The notes beneath the pieces were generated by a model. That model saw nothing but the letters and a program-made list of their open reading frames with translations, was not told the origin of the DNA and searched no databases. The position numbers and the translations under genes were made by a program. Below, piece by piece: positions 54,667 to 64,000 of a DNA stretch of 64,000 bases (position 1 is the first letter of the stretch; each line of letters begins with the position of its first letter). The stretch spans positions 2,048,001-2,112,000 of the forward strand of contig CAVQXP010000004.1 in NCBI GenBank assembly GCA_963717935.1, read 5' to 3'. This DNA comes from Candidatus Eiseniibacteriota bacterium (GTDB lineage Bacteria; Eisenbacteria; RBG-16-71-46).

Positions 54667-56418
54667 ATGGAAGGCTCCATCCGGCGGTTGCCGCCCGAGA
54701 CCGCCTCGCGCATCGCGGCGGGGGAGGTCATCGAGCGGCCGCTCTCGGCCCTGAAGGAGGTACTGGAGAACGCACTCGACTCCGGGGCGCGCTCGGTCGA
54801 GGTGCGCGTGGAGCGGGCGCTCGACCATTCCTTCGCGGTGGCCGACGACGGCGCCGGCATCCGGGCGGACGAGTTGGACCTGGCGCTGGAGCGCCACGCG
54901 ACCAGCAAGCTCGCGAGCCTGGAAGACCTCGACCGGCTCGCCTCGCTCGGGTTCCGGGGCGAGGCTCTGCCGAGCATCGCCGCGGTGAGCCGGCTCAGGC
55001 TGACGAGCCGACCGGCGGCCGCCGCGGCCGCCGCCTTCGTCGCGCTCGAAGGCGGCGGGGTCACGGCGCGCGGCACCGCCGCCCGCGCGCCGGGTACCAC
55101 GGTCGAGGTCGCGGACCTCTTCTTCAACACGCCCGCCCGGCGCAAGTTCCTCGCCTCGCCCACCGGCGAGCTGCGCGCGGCGCTGCGCTTGCTCGAGGCC
55201 TACGCACTGGCCTTCCCGCAGGTGGGCTTCCGGCTGGTCGTGGACGGCAAGGAGCGCCTGCAGTGGCCCGCCGTGCCGGGGGCGGGCCTCGCGGCCCGGC
55301 GCGACCGCGCGTCCGCGCTCTGGGGAGCGCGCCACGCCACTCAACTGCTCGAGGTGGAGTCCGAGCGCGAGGGCGTGAAGGTCGAGGCGCTGCTGGGTCT
55401 CCCCGAGCACGCACGCGCCACGCGCGAAGGGCAGATCTACATCGTGAACGGACGCTGGATCCAGAGCCCCATGCTGGGCGCGGCGCTGCGCCAGGCCTAC
55501 GGCAACCTGCTCCCGCCGGGACGGTTCCCCGCGGCCACGCTCTGGCTCGCGGTGCCACCCGCGCGCCTCGACGTGAACGTGCACCCGACCAAGCGCGAGG
55601 TGCGCTTCGCGGACGAGGAGCGCGTCTTCTCGCTCGTCACCTCGGCCTGCGCGCGCCCGCTCTCGCAGATCGCACCTCCCTTCACGGTGGTGGCGGGCGG
55701 CACGCGGGAGACCGAGACCTACCCCGCCTGGGCCGAGCGCGTGCGCGAAGGGCCGCCGGAGCAGACCTACCTCGGCCTCGGCGTGGCGGGCACCACGCCG
55801 GGGGCCGGCCAGCCGGCGGCGCCGAACCCGCCCGCCGCCGGCGCGGAACCGGAGCTCTGGCAGCTCCACCGCACCTACGTGCTCGCGCCGGTGCGGGGCG
55901 GGCTCGTGATCATCGACCAGCACGCCGCGCACGAGCGCATCCTCTACGAGGAGGCGCTCGCGCGCCTCGCAGGGCGAGTACGTGGCTCGCGCAGCAGCTC
56001 CTCTTCCCGGCGCTCGTGGATCTCACGAACGACCAGTTCGAGCTCCTGCTCGAGCTGGGCCCGTACCTGCAAGCAGCTGGGCTGGGACCTCTCCCTGCTC
56101 GGGCCGCCCACCGTGGTCATCCAGGGCGTGCCCTCGGGCCTGCGCCACGAGCGCCCCGGGCAGCTCCTCCAGGACGTGCTCGACGGCATGAGCGAGAGCA
56201 CCGGGCGCGCGCCCGACGAGGACCTCTCGCACCGCCTCGCCGCATCCTGGGCCTGCCACGCGGCGACCCGCGCGGGCGACCCGCTGAGCCAGGAGGAGAT
56301 GCGCTCGCTCGTGGACCGCCTCTTCGCCACCTCGCGGCCACACGGCGATCCGCACGGACGCGTGACCTTCGTGCGGCTCGAGCTCGACGAGCTGCACCGG
56401 CGCTTCGGCCGGGCCTGA
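54667..56418 (+). CDS. mutL: DNA mismatch repair protein MutL (compensating indels near 55980-56070)
   Basis: IAAGEVIERP, ENALDSGA, HATSKL, LGFRGEALPSI, DVNVHPTKREVRF, endonuclease motif DQHAAHERILYE, PHGR. Confidence 0.96.
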   Translation: MEGSIRRLPPETASRIAAGEVIERPLSALKEVLENALDSGARSVEVRVERALDHSFAVADDGAGIRADELDLALERHATSKLASLEDLDRLASLGFRGEALPSIAAVSRLRLTSRPAAAAAAAFVALEGGGVTARGTAARAPGTTVEVADLFFNTPARRKFLASPTGELRAALRLLEAYALAFPQVGFRLVVDGKERLQWPAVPGAGLAARRDRASALWGARHATQLLEVESEREGVKVEALLGLPEHARATREGQIYIVNGRWIQSPMLGAALRQAYGNLLPPGRFPAATLWLAVPPARLDVNVHPTKREVRFADEERVFSLVTSACARPLSQIAPPFTVVAGGTRETETYPAWAERVREGPPEQTYLGLGVAGTTPGAGQPAAPNPPAAGAEPELWQLHRTYVLAPVRGGLVIIDQHAAHERILYEEALARLAGRVRGSRSSSSSRRSWISRTTSSSSCSSWARTCKQLGWDLSLLGPPTVVIQGVPSGLRHERPGQLLQDVLDGMSESTGRAPDEDLSHRLAASWACHAATRAGDPLSQEEMRSLVDRLFATSRPHGDPHGRVTFVRLELDELHRRFGRA

Positions 56419-56422
56419 GCGC

Positions 56423-57391
56423 ATGAGCCCGCCGCGGGTCATCGCGGTCGTCGGCGCGACCGCCACGGGCAAGACCGACCTCGGCGAGGCGCTGGCCGAG
56501 ACGCTCGACGGCGAGGTGGTCTGCGCCGACTCCCGCCAGGTCTTCCGCGACCTGGACGTCGGCACCGGCAAGCCGGCGCCCGCCGATCGCGCGGCGCGCC
56601 CGCACCATCTCTTCGACGCGCTCGCGCTCGGCCAGCGGCCCAGCGCGGGCTGGTACGCGAAGGCGGTGGGCGCGGTCTGCAGGGCCATCCACTCGCGCGG
56701 CCGCACGCCCGTGCTGGTCGGCGGCTCGGGACTCTGGCTGCGGGCCGCCCAGCGTGGCCTCTCGGGCGAGCCACCGCACGACCCGGACGTGCGGGCGCGC
56801 CTCCAGGCCGCCCTCGAGCGCGATGGGCCCGAGACCCTGCATGCCCGGCTCGCCCTCGCCGATCCGGTCACCGCCGCCCGGCTGCAGCCCCGCGACCGCC
56901 AGCGCATCACGCGCGCGCTGGAGGTCCTCGAGGCCAGCGGCCGGCCGCTCTCGTGGTGGCACGAGCGCCAGGGCCAGCCGGCCGTTGCAGGGGAGTGGCT
57001 CGTCTTCGAGTTGACGCTCCCGCCGCAGGCGCTCGACGAGCGCATCGTCCACCGCACGCGCTGGATGTACGAGAGCGGGCTCGTCGAGGAGACACGGGGG
57101 CTCGTCGCGGCCGGCCAGGAGGCGCCGCTGCGGGCGCTGCGCGCGGTGGGCTACGACGAGGTGCTCGAGTTGCTGGCTGGCCGCAGCGATCGTCGCGCGG
57201 CCGAGGAGCGCACGAACCTGCGCACCCGCCAACTGGCGAAGCGCCAGCGCACCTGGTTCCGCCACCAGATCGAGGCCGTGCGCCTGGACGCCGGGGCCTC
57301 CAGCTCGAGGGCTCGCCTCGCCGCCATCCTGGCGGCCCTCCGGGCCCGAGATGCGGCTCCAGCGGGTGGCCCGTCCCCCCAGCCCGGTTGA
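56423..57391 (+). CDS. miaA: tRNA dimethylallyltransferase
   Basis: GATATGKT, ADSRQVF..GTGKP, VGGSGLW, RITRALEV, TRQLAKRQRTWF. Confidence 0.95.
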   Translation: MSPPRVIAVVGATATGKTDLGEALAETLDGEVVCADSRQVFRDLDVGTGKPAPADRAARPHHLFDALALGQRPSAGWYAKAVGAVCRAIHSRGRTPVLVGGSGLWLRAAQRGLSGEPPHDPDVRARLQAALERDGPETLHARLALADPVTAARLQPRDRQRITRALEVLEASGRPLSWWHERQGQPAVAGEWLVFELTLPPQALDERIVHRTRWMYESGLVEETRGLVAAGQEAPLRALRAVGYDEVLELLAGRSDRRAAEERTNLRTRQLAKRQRTWFRHQIEAVRLDAGASSSRARLAAILAALRARDAAPAGGPSPQPG

Positions 57392-57416
57392 CAGCACGGG
57401 TTTCCGGCACTAGGTT
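57388..57416 (+). promoter_or_regulatory. Sigma70 promoter of tRNA-Gly/der operon
   Basis: TTGACA-N17-TAGGTT. Confidence 0.7.
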
Positions 57417-57446
57417 CGCACCCGGCTTGAAGCGGACCTCGTATGG

Positions 57447-57522
57447 GCGGGCATAGCTCAGTTGGTAGAGCGCGAGCTTCCCAAGCTTGAGGTCGCGGGT
57501 TCGACCCCCGTTGCCCGCTCCA
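57447..57522 (+). tRNA. tRNA-Gly(CCC)
   Basis: Cloverleaf GCGGGCA/TGCCCGC acceptor, D-arm GCTC/GAGC, anticodon loop TT-CCC-AA, T-loop TTCGACC, encoded CCA. Confidence 0.97.
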
Positions 57523-57609
57523 TTTCATCCTGGCCTGAGGCGCGCCGGCGCGGGTGGACGATCCCGCCGGCGCGTCGAGCCTCTTGAGGAGGCCTCCCTG
57601 GCCGCACCC

Positions 57610-58923
57610 GTGATCCGTCAGCCGATCGTCGCCATCATCGGCCGCCCGAACGTCGGCAAGTCCACGTTCTTCAACCGCGTGCTCGGCGAGCGCCGCGCCG
57701 TGGTCCACGACCGTCCTGGCATCACCCGCGACCGCAACACGGCGCAGGCCGAATGGTCCGGCTACACGTTCCTGCTCGTGGACACCGGCGGGTTCCTGCC
57801 CGGCGCGGCCGAGGGGCGCGACGCCCGCATCCGCCGCCAGGCGGAGATCGCCATCGAGCTGGCCGACGCGGTGATCTTCATGGTGGACGTCAAGACCGGC
57901 GTCACGGATCTCGACGTCGCCATCGCGCGCGATCTGCGGCGCCGCCAGGTGAAGAGCCTGCTGGTCGTCAACAAGGTGGACAAGCCCGGCGACCTGGGCA
58001 CGCACGACTTCCACCGCCTGGGCCTGGGCGAGCCCCTGCCGGTCTCCTCGGAGAACGGCTTCGGCGTCGGCGACCTGCTCGACGAGGTGGTCGCGCTCCT
58101 GCCCGGGCGCGTGCAGGAGCAGGCGGCGCCCGGCACGCGCGTGGCCATCGTGGGGCGTCCCAACGTCGGCAAGTCCTCGATCGTGAACATGCTGCTGCGC
58201 GAGGACCGCGTCCTGGTCGAGCCCCTGGCCGGCACCACCATGGACGCCATCGACACGGACTGGAAGACCCCCGCCGGCACGTTCACGCTGGTGGACACGG
58301 CCGGCATCCGTCGCGAGTCGCGCTACCAGGACGAAGCCGAGTTCTACGCCGTGGTGCGGGCGCTGAACGCCCTGCAGCGCGCGGACGTCGCCTGCCTGGT
58401 GCTGGACGCCACGCAGGGGTTCCTCAAGCAGGAGGCCCGGCTCGCCCACAACGCCCTCGACGCGGGCTGCGCGCTCCTGCTGGTCTACAACAAGTGGGAC
58501 CTGATCGAGGGCCGCCACGAAGCCTGGAAGCGCCTGACGCTCGAGCGGATCGAGCGCTACCCCACGCTCGCGGACCTGCCGGCGGTGCCGGTGTCGGCCA
58601 CGGCGAAGATCAATCTCGGGCGGCTCCCGAAGCTCATCCTGCAGCGCGTCGAGGAGCACGTGCGCAAGATCCCGACCCGTGCCCTGAACGACTGGCTGGA
58701 GGCGGTGCAGCGGGTCCGCGGCGTGCCCTCCACCGGGGGCGGGCTCATCCCGAAGCTCTACTACATCGCACAGACGGGCACCGGGCCGCCCCAGTTCACG
58801 CTGTTCGTGAACCATCCACAGCGGCTCAACGACAACTACCGCCGTTTCCTCTGGCTGCGCTTCGCGGAGCACTTCGGCTTCCACGGCACGCCGTTGAAGA
58901 TGCGCGTGCGCAAGAGCGAGTAG
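57610..58923 (+). CDS. der: Ribosome biogenesis GTPase Der (alternative CTG start at 57598)
   Basis: Two GTPase domains GRPNVGKS..DTGG..NKVD and GRPNVGKS..DTAG..NKWD; C-terminal KH-like domain. Confidence 0.96.
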   Translation: MIRQPIVAIIGRPNVGKSTFFNRVLGERRAVVHDRPGITRDRNTAQAEWSGYTFLLVDTGGFLPGAAEGRDARIRRQAEIAIELADAVIFMVDVKTGVTDLDVAIARDLRRRQVKSLLVVNKVDKPGDLGTHDFHRLGLGEPLPVSSENGFGVGDLLDEVVALLPGRVQEQAAPGTRVAIVGRPNVGKSSIVNMLLREDRVLVEPLAGTTMDAIDTDWKTPAGTFTLVDTAGIRRESRYQDEAEFYAVVRALNALQRADVACLVLDATQGFLKQEARLAHNALDAGCALLLVYNKWDLIEGRHEAWKRLTLERIERYPTLADLPAVPVSATAKINLGRLPKLILQRVEEHVRKIPTRALNDWLEAVQRVRGVPSTGGGLIPKLYYIAQTGTGPPQFTLFVNHPQRLNDNYRRFLWLRFAEHFGFHGTPLKMRVRKSE

Positions 58924-58925
58924 CC

Positions 58926-59565
58926 ATGGCCCTCGCCGTGCTGTCGTGCGTCGCCATCGCCTACCTGAGCGGCTCGCTGCCCTGGGGCCTGTGGATCGGC
59001 CGGTTCGCCCGCGGCGTGGACATTCGCACCCTGGGCTCCGGCAACCTCGGGGCCACGAACGTCTACCGCTCGCTCGGCCCCGGGCTCGGCGTCCTCACGC
59101 TGCTCCTGGACATCGCGAAGGGCGCCCTGCCGGTGTGGCTGCTGCCGCACGCCGCCTTCGCGGCGGCCTTCCCTGGCGGCCCCGAATGGTGCGGGCTGGC
59201 CGTGGGCTTCGCCGCGGTGGCCGGGCACGTCTGGACCTTCCTCGCCGGCTTCAAGGGTGGCAAGGGCGTGGCCACCACCGCGGGCGTGCTGCTGGCCCTC
59301 GCGCCCGCCGCCTTCGGCGTCTTCGTCGCTGGTCTTCCTGCTGGTCGTGGTGGTGACGCGCTTCATCTCGCTCGGCTCGACGCTGGGGGCGGCCGCCTTC
59401 GCGGTGGCGCTCGCCCTGCTCGCGCCCGGCGGGCTTCGCAGTCCCACGTTCCTGCTGGGTCTGCTGCTCGCGCTCCTCGTGGTGTTCAGGCACCGCGACA
59501 ACTTCCGCCGGCTGCTGCGTGGCGAGGAGCGGCGTTTCTCGTTCCGGGGAGGACGGACCTCGTGA
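58926..59565 (+). CDS. plsY: Glycerol-3-phosphate acyltransferase PlsY (frameshift near 59330)
   Basis: DIRTLGSGNLGATNV, LDIAKG, GH..FKGGKGVAT, RHRDNF..GEE. Confidence 0.93.
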
Positions 59566-60552
59566 GCACCGTGGCCGTGCTGGGAGCCGGTTCCTGGGGT
59601 ACGACGCTGGCGGTCCACCTGTGCGAGGCCGGGGCCCAGGTCCGGCTCTGGGGCAATGTGCGGGAGGACCTGGACGCCATGATCCGAGTCGCGGGAGAAC
59701 CGGAAGTTTTTGCCTGGCATCCGGCTCCCCGATGGGGTTAAGGTTCTGCTCGAACTCGAAGACGCGCTCGAGGCGGCTGATTTCACCTTCTACGTGGTGC
59801 CCTCGCAGGCGGTTCGCGAGGTCGCGCAGAGGGTGGCGGACACCGGGCACCGCAGCCTCCCGGTGTGCGCAGCCAAGGGGCTCGAACTCGGCAGCCTCAA
59901 GCGCATGAGCGAAGTGCTCCGGGACTGCCTCGGCGATCCCGGCCCCGTGATCCTCACGGGTCCGAGCCACGCCGAGGAAGTCAGTCGCGGCATCCCGACC
60001 ACGGTGGTGGCCGCCGCCGCGGACGAGGCCCGGGCCAGGGCGGCGCAGTTGCTGTGCTCGACACCGTCGTTCCGGGTCTACACGAATACCGATGTCGTCG
60101 GCTGCGAGTATGCCGCCGCGCTGAAGAACGTCATCGCGATCGCCGCCGGGGTGTGCGACGGCATCGGCTGGGGGGACAACACCAAGGGCGCGCTGCTCAC
60201 GCGGGGGCTCGCGGAGATCTCGCGCCTCGGGGTCGCCCTGGGCGGACGACGCGAGACCTTCTTCGGGCTCGCGGGGCTGGGAGATCTGATCACGACGGCG
60301 ATGAGCCGCCACAGCCGGAACCGGCACGTGGGCGAGGGGATCGGCCGGGGCCGTCCGCTCGCCGAGGTGCTGGGGGACATGGTGATGGTCGCGGAAGGCG
60401 TGACCACCGCCCGCGCGGCCAGGGACCTGGGCCGGGCACACGACGTCGAGTTGCCGATCACCGAACAGGTCTGCGCGATGCTGTTCGAGGGCCGCAGCCC
60501 CCGCGAGGCGCTGCAGAACCTCATGACGCGAGACCTGAAGAGCGAGCAATGA
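59562..60552 (+). CDS. gpsA: NAD(P)H-dependent glycerol-3-phosphate dehydrogenase (frameshift near 59690)
   Basis: VLGAGSWGT, AKGLE, GPSHAEEV, ALKNVIAIAAG, GLAGLGDL, SRNR, VAEGV. Confidence 0.94.
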
Positions 60553-61010
60553 AAACCGCATCGCCCGCGCCGCGTCGCGGCGGGACCGGCAAGCGCCGGC
60601 AGGGGAGGACCAAGTTGTCGCCGCTCAAGACGGAACCCGAGTCCGAGTCCAGGTCCAAGCTCTACCGGCCGATCAGCGAGGTCGCCGAGGTCGTCGGCGT
60701 GAAGCCGCACGTGCTGCGCTACTGGGAGACCCAGTTCAGCATGCTGCGTCCCAAGAAGAACCGCGCCGGGAACCGCATGTACCGGCCCGACGAGGTGAAG
60801 CTGCTGTTCCGGATCAAGGAGCTGCTCTACGACCGGCGCTTCACCATCGCGGGGGCGAAACGGCACCTGCTGGACCACCGCAAGGACCCCGCGCCGCGCC
60901 AGGTGGAGCTGGTCTTCGGCGAGGCCGAGAAGAAGCTCGCGCTCCACGAGGTCAAGGCCGAGCTCAAGCAGCTCCTCGGCCGCCTGCGCGGGCCTGGCCC
61001 GCGCCCCTGA
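60549..61010 (+). CDS. MerR family transcriptional regulator
   Basis: ISEVAEVVGVKPHVLRYWETQF..PKKNRAGNRMY..FTIAGAK; usual synteny with tRNA-Pro(GGG). Confidence 0.9.
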   Translation: MKTASPAPRRGGTGKRRQGRTKLSPLKTEPESESRSKLYRPISEVAEVVGVKPHVLRYWETQFSMLRPKKNRAGNRMYRPDEVKLLFRIKELLYDRRFTIAGAKRHLLDHRKDPAPRQVELVFGEAEKKLALHEVKAELKQLLGRLRGPGPRP

Positions 61011-61039
61011 GCGGCCTCGCGGTCGGCCCCGCCGTCCAC

Positions 61040-61068
61040 TTGCGCGGCGGGCCGGGGTCGCATAGATT
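61040..61068 (+). promoter_or_regulatory. Sigma70 promoter of tRNA-Pro
   Basis: TTGCGC-N17-TAGATT. Confidence 0.6.
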
Positions 61069-61097
61069 GGTTCGCAGAAGATCCGCACCGCTTCGGT

Positions 61098-61174
61098 CGG
61101 GGCGTAGCGCAGCCCGGTAGCGCACCTGCATGGGGGGCAGGGGGTCGAAGGTTCAAATCCTTTCGCCCCGACCA
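61098..61174 (+). tRNA. tRNA-Pro(GGG)
   Basis: CGGGGCG/CGCCCCG acceptor, anticodon stem CCTGC/GCAGG with loop AT-GGG-GG, T-loop TTCAAAT, encoded CCA. Confidence 0.96.
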
Positions 61175-61262
61175 TTCTTCCCGCGGCCCACCCCACACCG
61201 CCCCGCCCGTCCCGTGCCACCCCCCGCTCCGCCTCCCGCGGTTTGACCGCGCTCCGCCCACC

Positions 61263-61290
61263 GTGTTACGAGTCGGGTCGGAGGTCACAC
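61263..61290. promoter_or_regulatory. Candidate NikR operator
   Basis: GTGTTA-N16-TCACAC pseudo-palindrome overlapping the putative -10 and RBS of nikR. Confidence 0.55.
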
Positions 61291-61291
61291 G

Positions 61292-61720
61292 ATGAAGAAA
61301 CCGCTGCTCTCGAGGTTCAGCGTCTCGATGTCACGCGCCCTGGGGGGGCAACTCGACGCCATGGCGAAGGCGAAGGGCTACGCCAATCGCTCGCAGGCCA
61401 TCGCCGACATGGTCCGCGCCCACCTGGTCGAGCACCGGGCCCAGGTCGGGGCACACGAGATCGCCGGCACCATCACGCTCGTCTATGACCATCACCGGCG
61501 GAACATCCAGGCGCTCCTGACAGGCCTCCAGCATGACCACGGCGACCTCATCGTGGCCACCCTCCACGTGCACCTGAGCCACCACGAGTGCATGGAGGTC
61601 CTCGCGGTGCGCGGGCCCGCCGATGCGGTGAAGCGTCTCGCGGACCGGCTCACCGCGGCGAAGGGCGTCACGCACGGCAAGCTGACCGTGACCACGACCG
61701 GGAGGGAGCTGGCGAAGTAG
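61292..61720 (+). CDS. nikR: Nickel-responsive regulator NikR
   Basis: RFSVSM ribbon, GYANRSQAI, TLVYDHH, HVHLSHHECMEV. Confidence 0.95.
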   Translation: MKKPLLSRFSVSMSRALGGQLDAMAKAKGYANRSQAIADMVRAHLVEHRAQVGAHEIAGTITLVYDHHRRNIQALLTGLQHDHGDLIVATLHVHLSHHECMEVLAVRGPADAVKRLADRLTAAKGVTHGKLTVTTTGRELAK

Positions 61721-61799
61721 GCAGCGGTCAGGTCCCGGCAGCGTCTTTCGCGTCCCCGGCCGCTCCCCGAACGGACGCCTGCGAGAAGGAAGGATCGAA

Positions 61800-62795
61800 G
61801 TGCACATCCCGGATGGGTTCCTCGACGCGAAGACGGCCGTGGCCACCAGCGTGCTCGCGACCGCGGGCCTGGGGCTGGCACTGGCGGGCGTGCGTCGCAC
61901 GGTCCCGCCCCGCCGGATCCCGCTGATCGGCCTGGCGGCGGCCTTCGTCTTCGCGGCGCAGATGCTCAACTTCCCCGTCGCCGGCGGAACCTCGGGGCAC
62001 CTCATCGGGGCAGTGCTCGCCGCCGTCCTGCTCGGCCCCAGCGCCGCGGTCCTGGTCATGAGCGCCGTGCTGATCCTCCAATGCCTGCTGTTCGCGGACG
62101 GCGGCGTGACCGCGCTCGGGGCGAACCTCTTCAACATGGCGCTGGTCGCCCCGATCGTGGGCTACGGCATCTACCGCATCCTGCGGCGCTTCGCGGGGGA
62201 GGGGCTGCGGGGCCTCCTCTTCGCCACGGCCTTCGCCGCCTGGTGCTCCACGCTCGCAGCCGCGATCTCCTGCGCCGGGCAACTCGCGCTGTCCCGCACC
62301 GTCCCCTGGGCGGTCGCGCTGCCCGCCATGGGCGGCATCCACCTGCTGATCGGTCTCGGCGAAGCGGTCATCACGACCCTCGTGGTCGCGGCGGTCGCCC
62401 GCGCGCGGCCCGAGCTGCTCCTCGAACGAACGGAACGCCACCTGCGGCCCCCGTACCGCGTCCTGGCGGCCCAGGGCCTGCTCGTCTCGCTGGGGCTCGT
62501 GCTCTTCGTCGCGCCCTTCGCTTCCGGCTGGCCCGACGGCCTCGAGAAGGTGGCCGCGACGCTGGGCTTCGAGCACCGGGCGGCGGCCACTCCGATGCTC
62601 GCCGCACCGCTCCCCGACTACCGCTTCCCCGGGGTCGGCTCCGCCGCGCTCTCCACGGTCGTCGCCGGCGCCACGGGCACGCTCATCGCCTTCGGCCTCG
62701 CGTGGTCGCTCGCCTCTCTGCTGACGCCGTCCCGCGGCGCAGGCGCCCGCCCGGGCGGGAAAGGCAAGGCCCCCGGTGCACCGCGCGCTGCTTGA
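61800..62795 (+). CDS. cbiM: Ni/Co ECF transporter substrate component CbiM/NikM fused to PDGLE (NikN-like) domain
   Basis: N-terminal MHIPDGFL, GGTSGHL, ADGG, HLLIGLGEA; C-terminal ASGWPDGLE..PLPDY. Confidence 0.93.
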   Translation: MHIPDGFLDAKTAVATSVLATAGLGLALAGVRRTVPPRRIPLIGLAAAFVFAAQMLNFPVAGGTSGHLIGAVLAAVLLGPSAAVLVMSAVLILQCLLFADGGVTALGANLFNMALVAPIVGYGIYRILRRFAGEGLRGLLFATAFAAWCSTLAAAISCAGQLALSRTVPWAVALPAMGGIHLLIGLGEAVITTLVVAAVARARPELLLERTERHLRPPYRVLAAQGLLVSLGLVLFVAPFASGWPDGLEKVAATLGFEHRAAATPMLAAPLPDYRFPGVGSAALSTVVAGATGTLIAFGLAWSLASLLTPSRGAGARPGGKGKAPGAPRAA

Positions 62796-63390
62796 GCCCT
62801 ACCAGCATCAGCGCAGTGTGATCCACCGCCTTCCCGCCGGGCTGAAGGCGGGCGGGGCGCTGGCGTTCGTCCTCGCCGTCGTGTTGCTGCCCCGGGCGGC
62901 GTGGCCCGCCTACGCGGCGGGCGCCGCGCTGCTGCTGCTGCTCGCGGGGCTCTCGCGCATCCCGCCACTGGCCCTGGCCCGGCGGCTCCTGCTGGTCGAG
63001 CCGTTCGCTCTCGGGGTCGCCCTGCTTTCGCTCCTGCAGCCGAACGGACTCACGATCTTCGCCGTCACCCTGACCAAGAGCACGCTCTGCCTGTTCTGCA
63101 TGGTGCTGCTCTCCGCCACGACTCGCTTCTCCGCCATCCTGCGCGTGCTGTGGCGCATCCGCGTCCCGTCCCTGCTCGTCACCACGCTGGCGCTCATGCA
63201 CCGCTATCTCTTCGTGCTCGCCGACGAGACCGGCTGCATGGTGCGCGCGCGCCGGAGCCGCACCTTCACCCGTGATCGCGCATCCGCCTGGCGCTCCTCC
63301 GCCTCGGTCATCGCGCACCTGTTCATCCGCAGTTCCGAGCGCGCCGAGCGCATCTACATGGCCATGTGCGCGCGGGGCTGGAAGACGTGA
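62776..63390 (+). CDS. cbiQ: ECF transporter transmembrane component CbiQ/NikQ
   Basis: SVIHRLPA..K, MHRYLFVL, RARRSR, LFIRSSERAERIYMAMCARG. Confidence 0.92.
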   Translation: MHRALLEPYQHQRSVIHRLPAGLKAGGALAFVLAVVLLPRAAWPAYAAGAALLLLLAGLSRIPPLALARRLLLVEPFALGVALLSLLQPNGLTIFAVTLTKSTLCLFCMVLLSATTRFSAILRVLWRIRVPSLLVTTLALMHRYLFVLADETGCMVRARRSRTFTRDRASAWRSSASVIAHLFIRSSERAERIYMAMCARGWKT

Positions 63391-64000
63391 ACGCGCTGGA
63401 GGTCGAGGACCTCGGTTATCACTATCCCGACGGGACGGCCGCCCTGCGGGGCATCCGCTTCACGGTGGCCGAGGGCGAGCGCGTGGGGCTCATCGGCCCC
63501 AACGGGGCTGGCAAGTCCACGCTGCTGCTCCACCTCAACGGGCTGCTGCCCGAGCATCCGGCCGCGGCCCCCGCGGTCCACGTCTTCGGGACCCCGGTCG
63601 CGGAGCCCCATCTCGCGGCGATCCGCGCCCGCGTGGGGCTGCTCTTCCAGGACCCGGACGACCAGATCTTCTGCCCGACCGTGTGGGAGGACGTCGCCTT
63701 CGGTCCCCTGCAGCTGGGTCTGCGGGGCGCCGAGCTGGCGGCCCGCACCGCGCGCGCCCTCGAGCAGGTCGGCCTGAAGGGCTTCGACGAACGGCTGCCC
63801 CATCACCTCAGCCGGGGCGAGAAGCGGCGCGTCTGCCTGGCGGGCCTGCTCGCGTGCGAGGCGCGGCTGCTGGCGCTGGACGAGCCGACCAGCGACCTCG
63901 ACCCGCGCGGGCGGCGGGAACTGAAGGGCCTGCTCGAGAGCCTCCCGGTGGCCCAGGTGATCGCGACCCACGACCTGGAGCTCGTCGTCGAGTTGTGCCC
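63387..64000 (+). CDS. cbiO: ECF transporter ATPase CbiO/NikO (3' truncated by window edge)
   Basis: YPDGTAAL, GPNGAGKSTLL, FQDPDDQIF, DVAFGP, HLSRGEKRR, LDEPTSDLDP, ATHD. Confidence 0.93.
   Translation, partial: MNALEVEDLGYHYPDGTAALRGIRFTVAEGERVGLIGPNGAGKSTLLLHLNGLLPEHPAAAPAVHVFGTPVAEPHLAAIRARVGLLFQDPDDQIFCPTVWEDVAFGPLQLGLRGAELAARTARALEQVGLKGFDERLPHHLSRGEKRRVCLAGLLACEARLLALDEPTSDLDPRGRRELKGLLESLPVAQVIATHDLELVVELC

Noticed and set aside
57403..57419. Sigma54 site before tRNA-Gly (GG-N10-GC)
   Set aside because: It lacks TTGC and overlaps a much better sigma70 promoter (TTGACA-N17-TAGGTT).

Overview
High-GC (roughly 70% or more by eye) bacterial chromosomal window, almost all on the + strand. 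Many genes, including essential ones (cmk, plsY, gpsA), carry single-base frameshifts, which points to unpolished long-read/MAG consensus errors rather than real pseudogenes. The taxon is not determinable from sequence alone; the Bacteroidota-type bS22 and GcvH motifs hint at an FCB-superphylum lineage such as Ca. Eisenbacteria (inference only). Gene order: MacB-type ABC exporter; uvrA; tdh; glycine cleavage gcvT-H-PA-PB; an 8-gene uncharacterised cluster built around an orphan GlmL-like ASKHA ATPase, a barrel-sandwich/KOW protein and four membrane proteins (one FN3+DUF6754-like); a lipoate ligase; an Opp/Dpp ABC importer; a bacterial microcompartment (BMC) operon with an acylating aldehyde dehydrogenase but no signature enzyme; a housekeeping block (HU, a 31-aa bS22-like protein missed by the ORF track, RNase R, PilZ, aroA, cmk, plsC, rpsA, mutS); yitJ; a SpoIVB-S55 peptidase/beta-propeller pair; pgeF; a 996-aa PPIase; mutL-miaA-tRNA-Gly-der-plsY-gpsA-merR-tRNA-Pro; and nikR-cbiMNQO. 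The best candidates for an undescribed system are the orphan GlmL/DUF6754 membrane-complex cluster (11.6-18.9 kb) and the orphan BMC (26.5-30.0 kb). Non-coding signals include a perfect 31-bp inverted repeat, a DnaA box before mutL, a sigma54-like site before the BMC, a perfect extended -10 antisense to pgeF, several apparently leaderless genes and a NikR-like operator.
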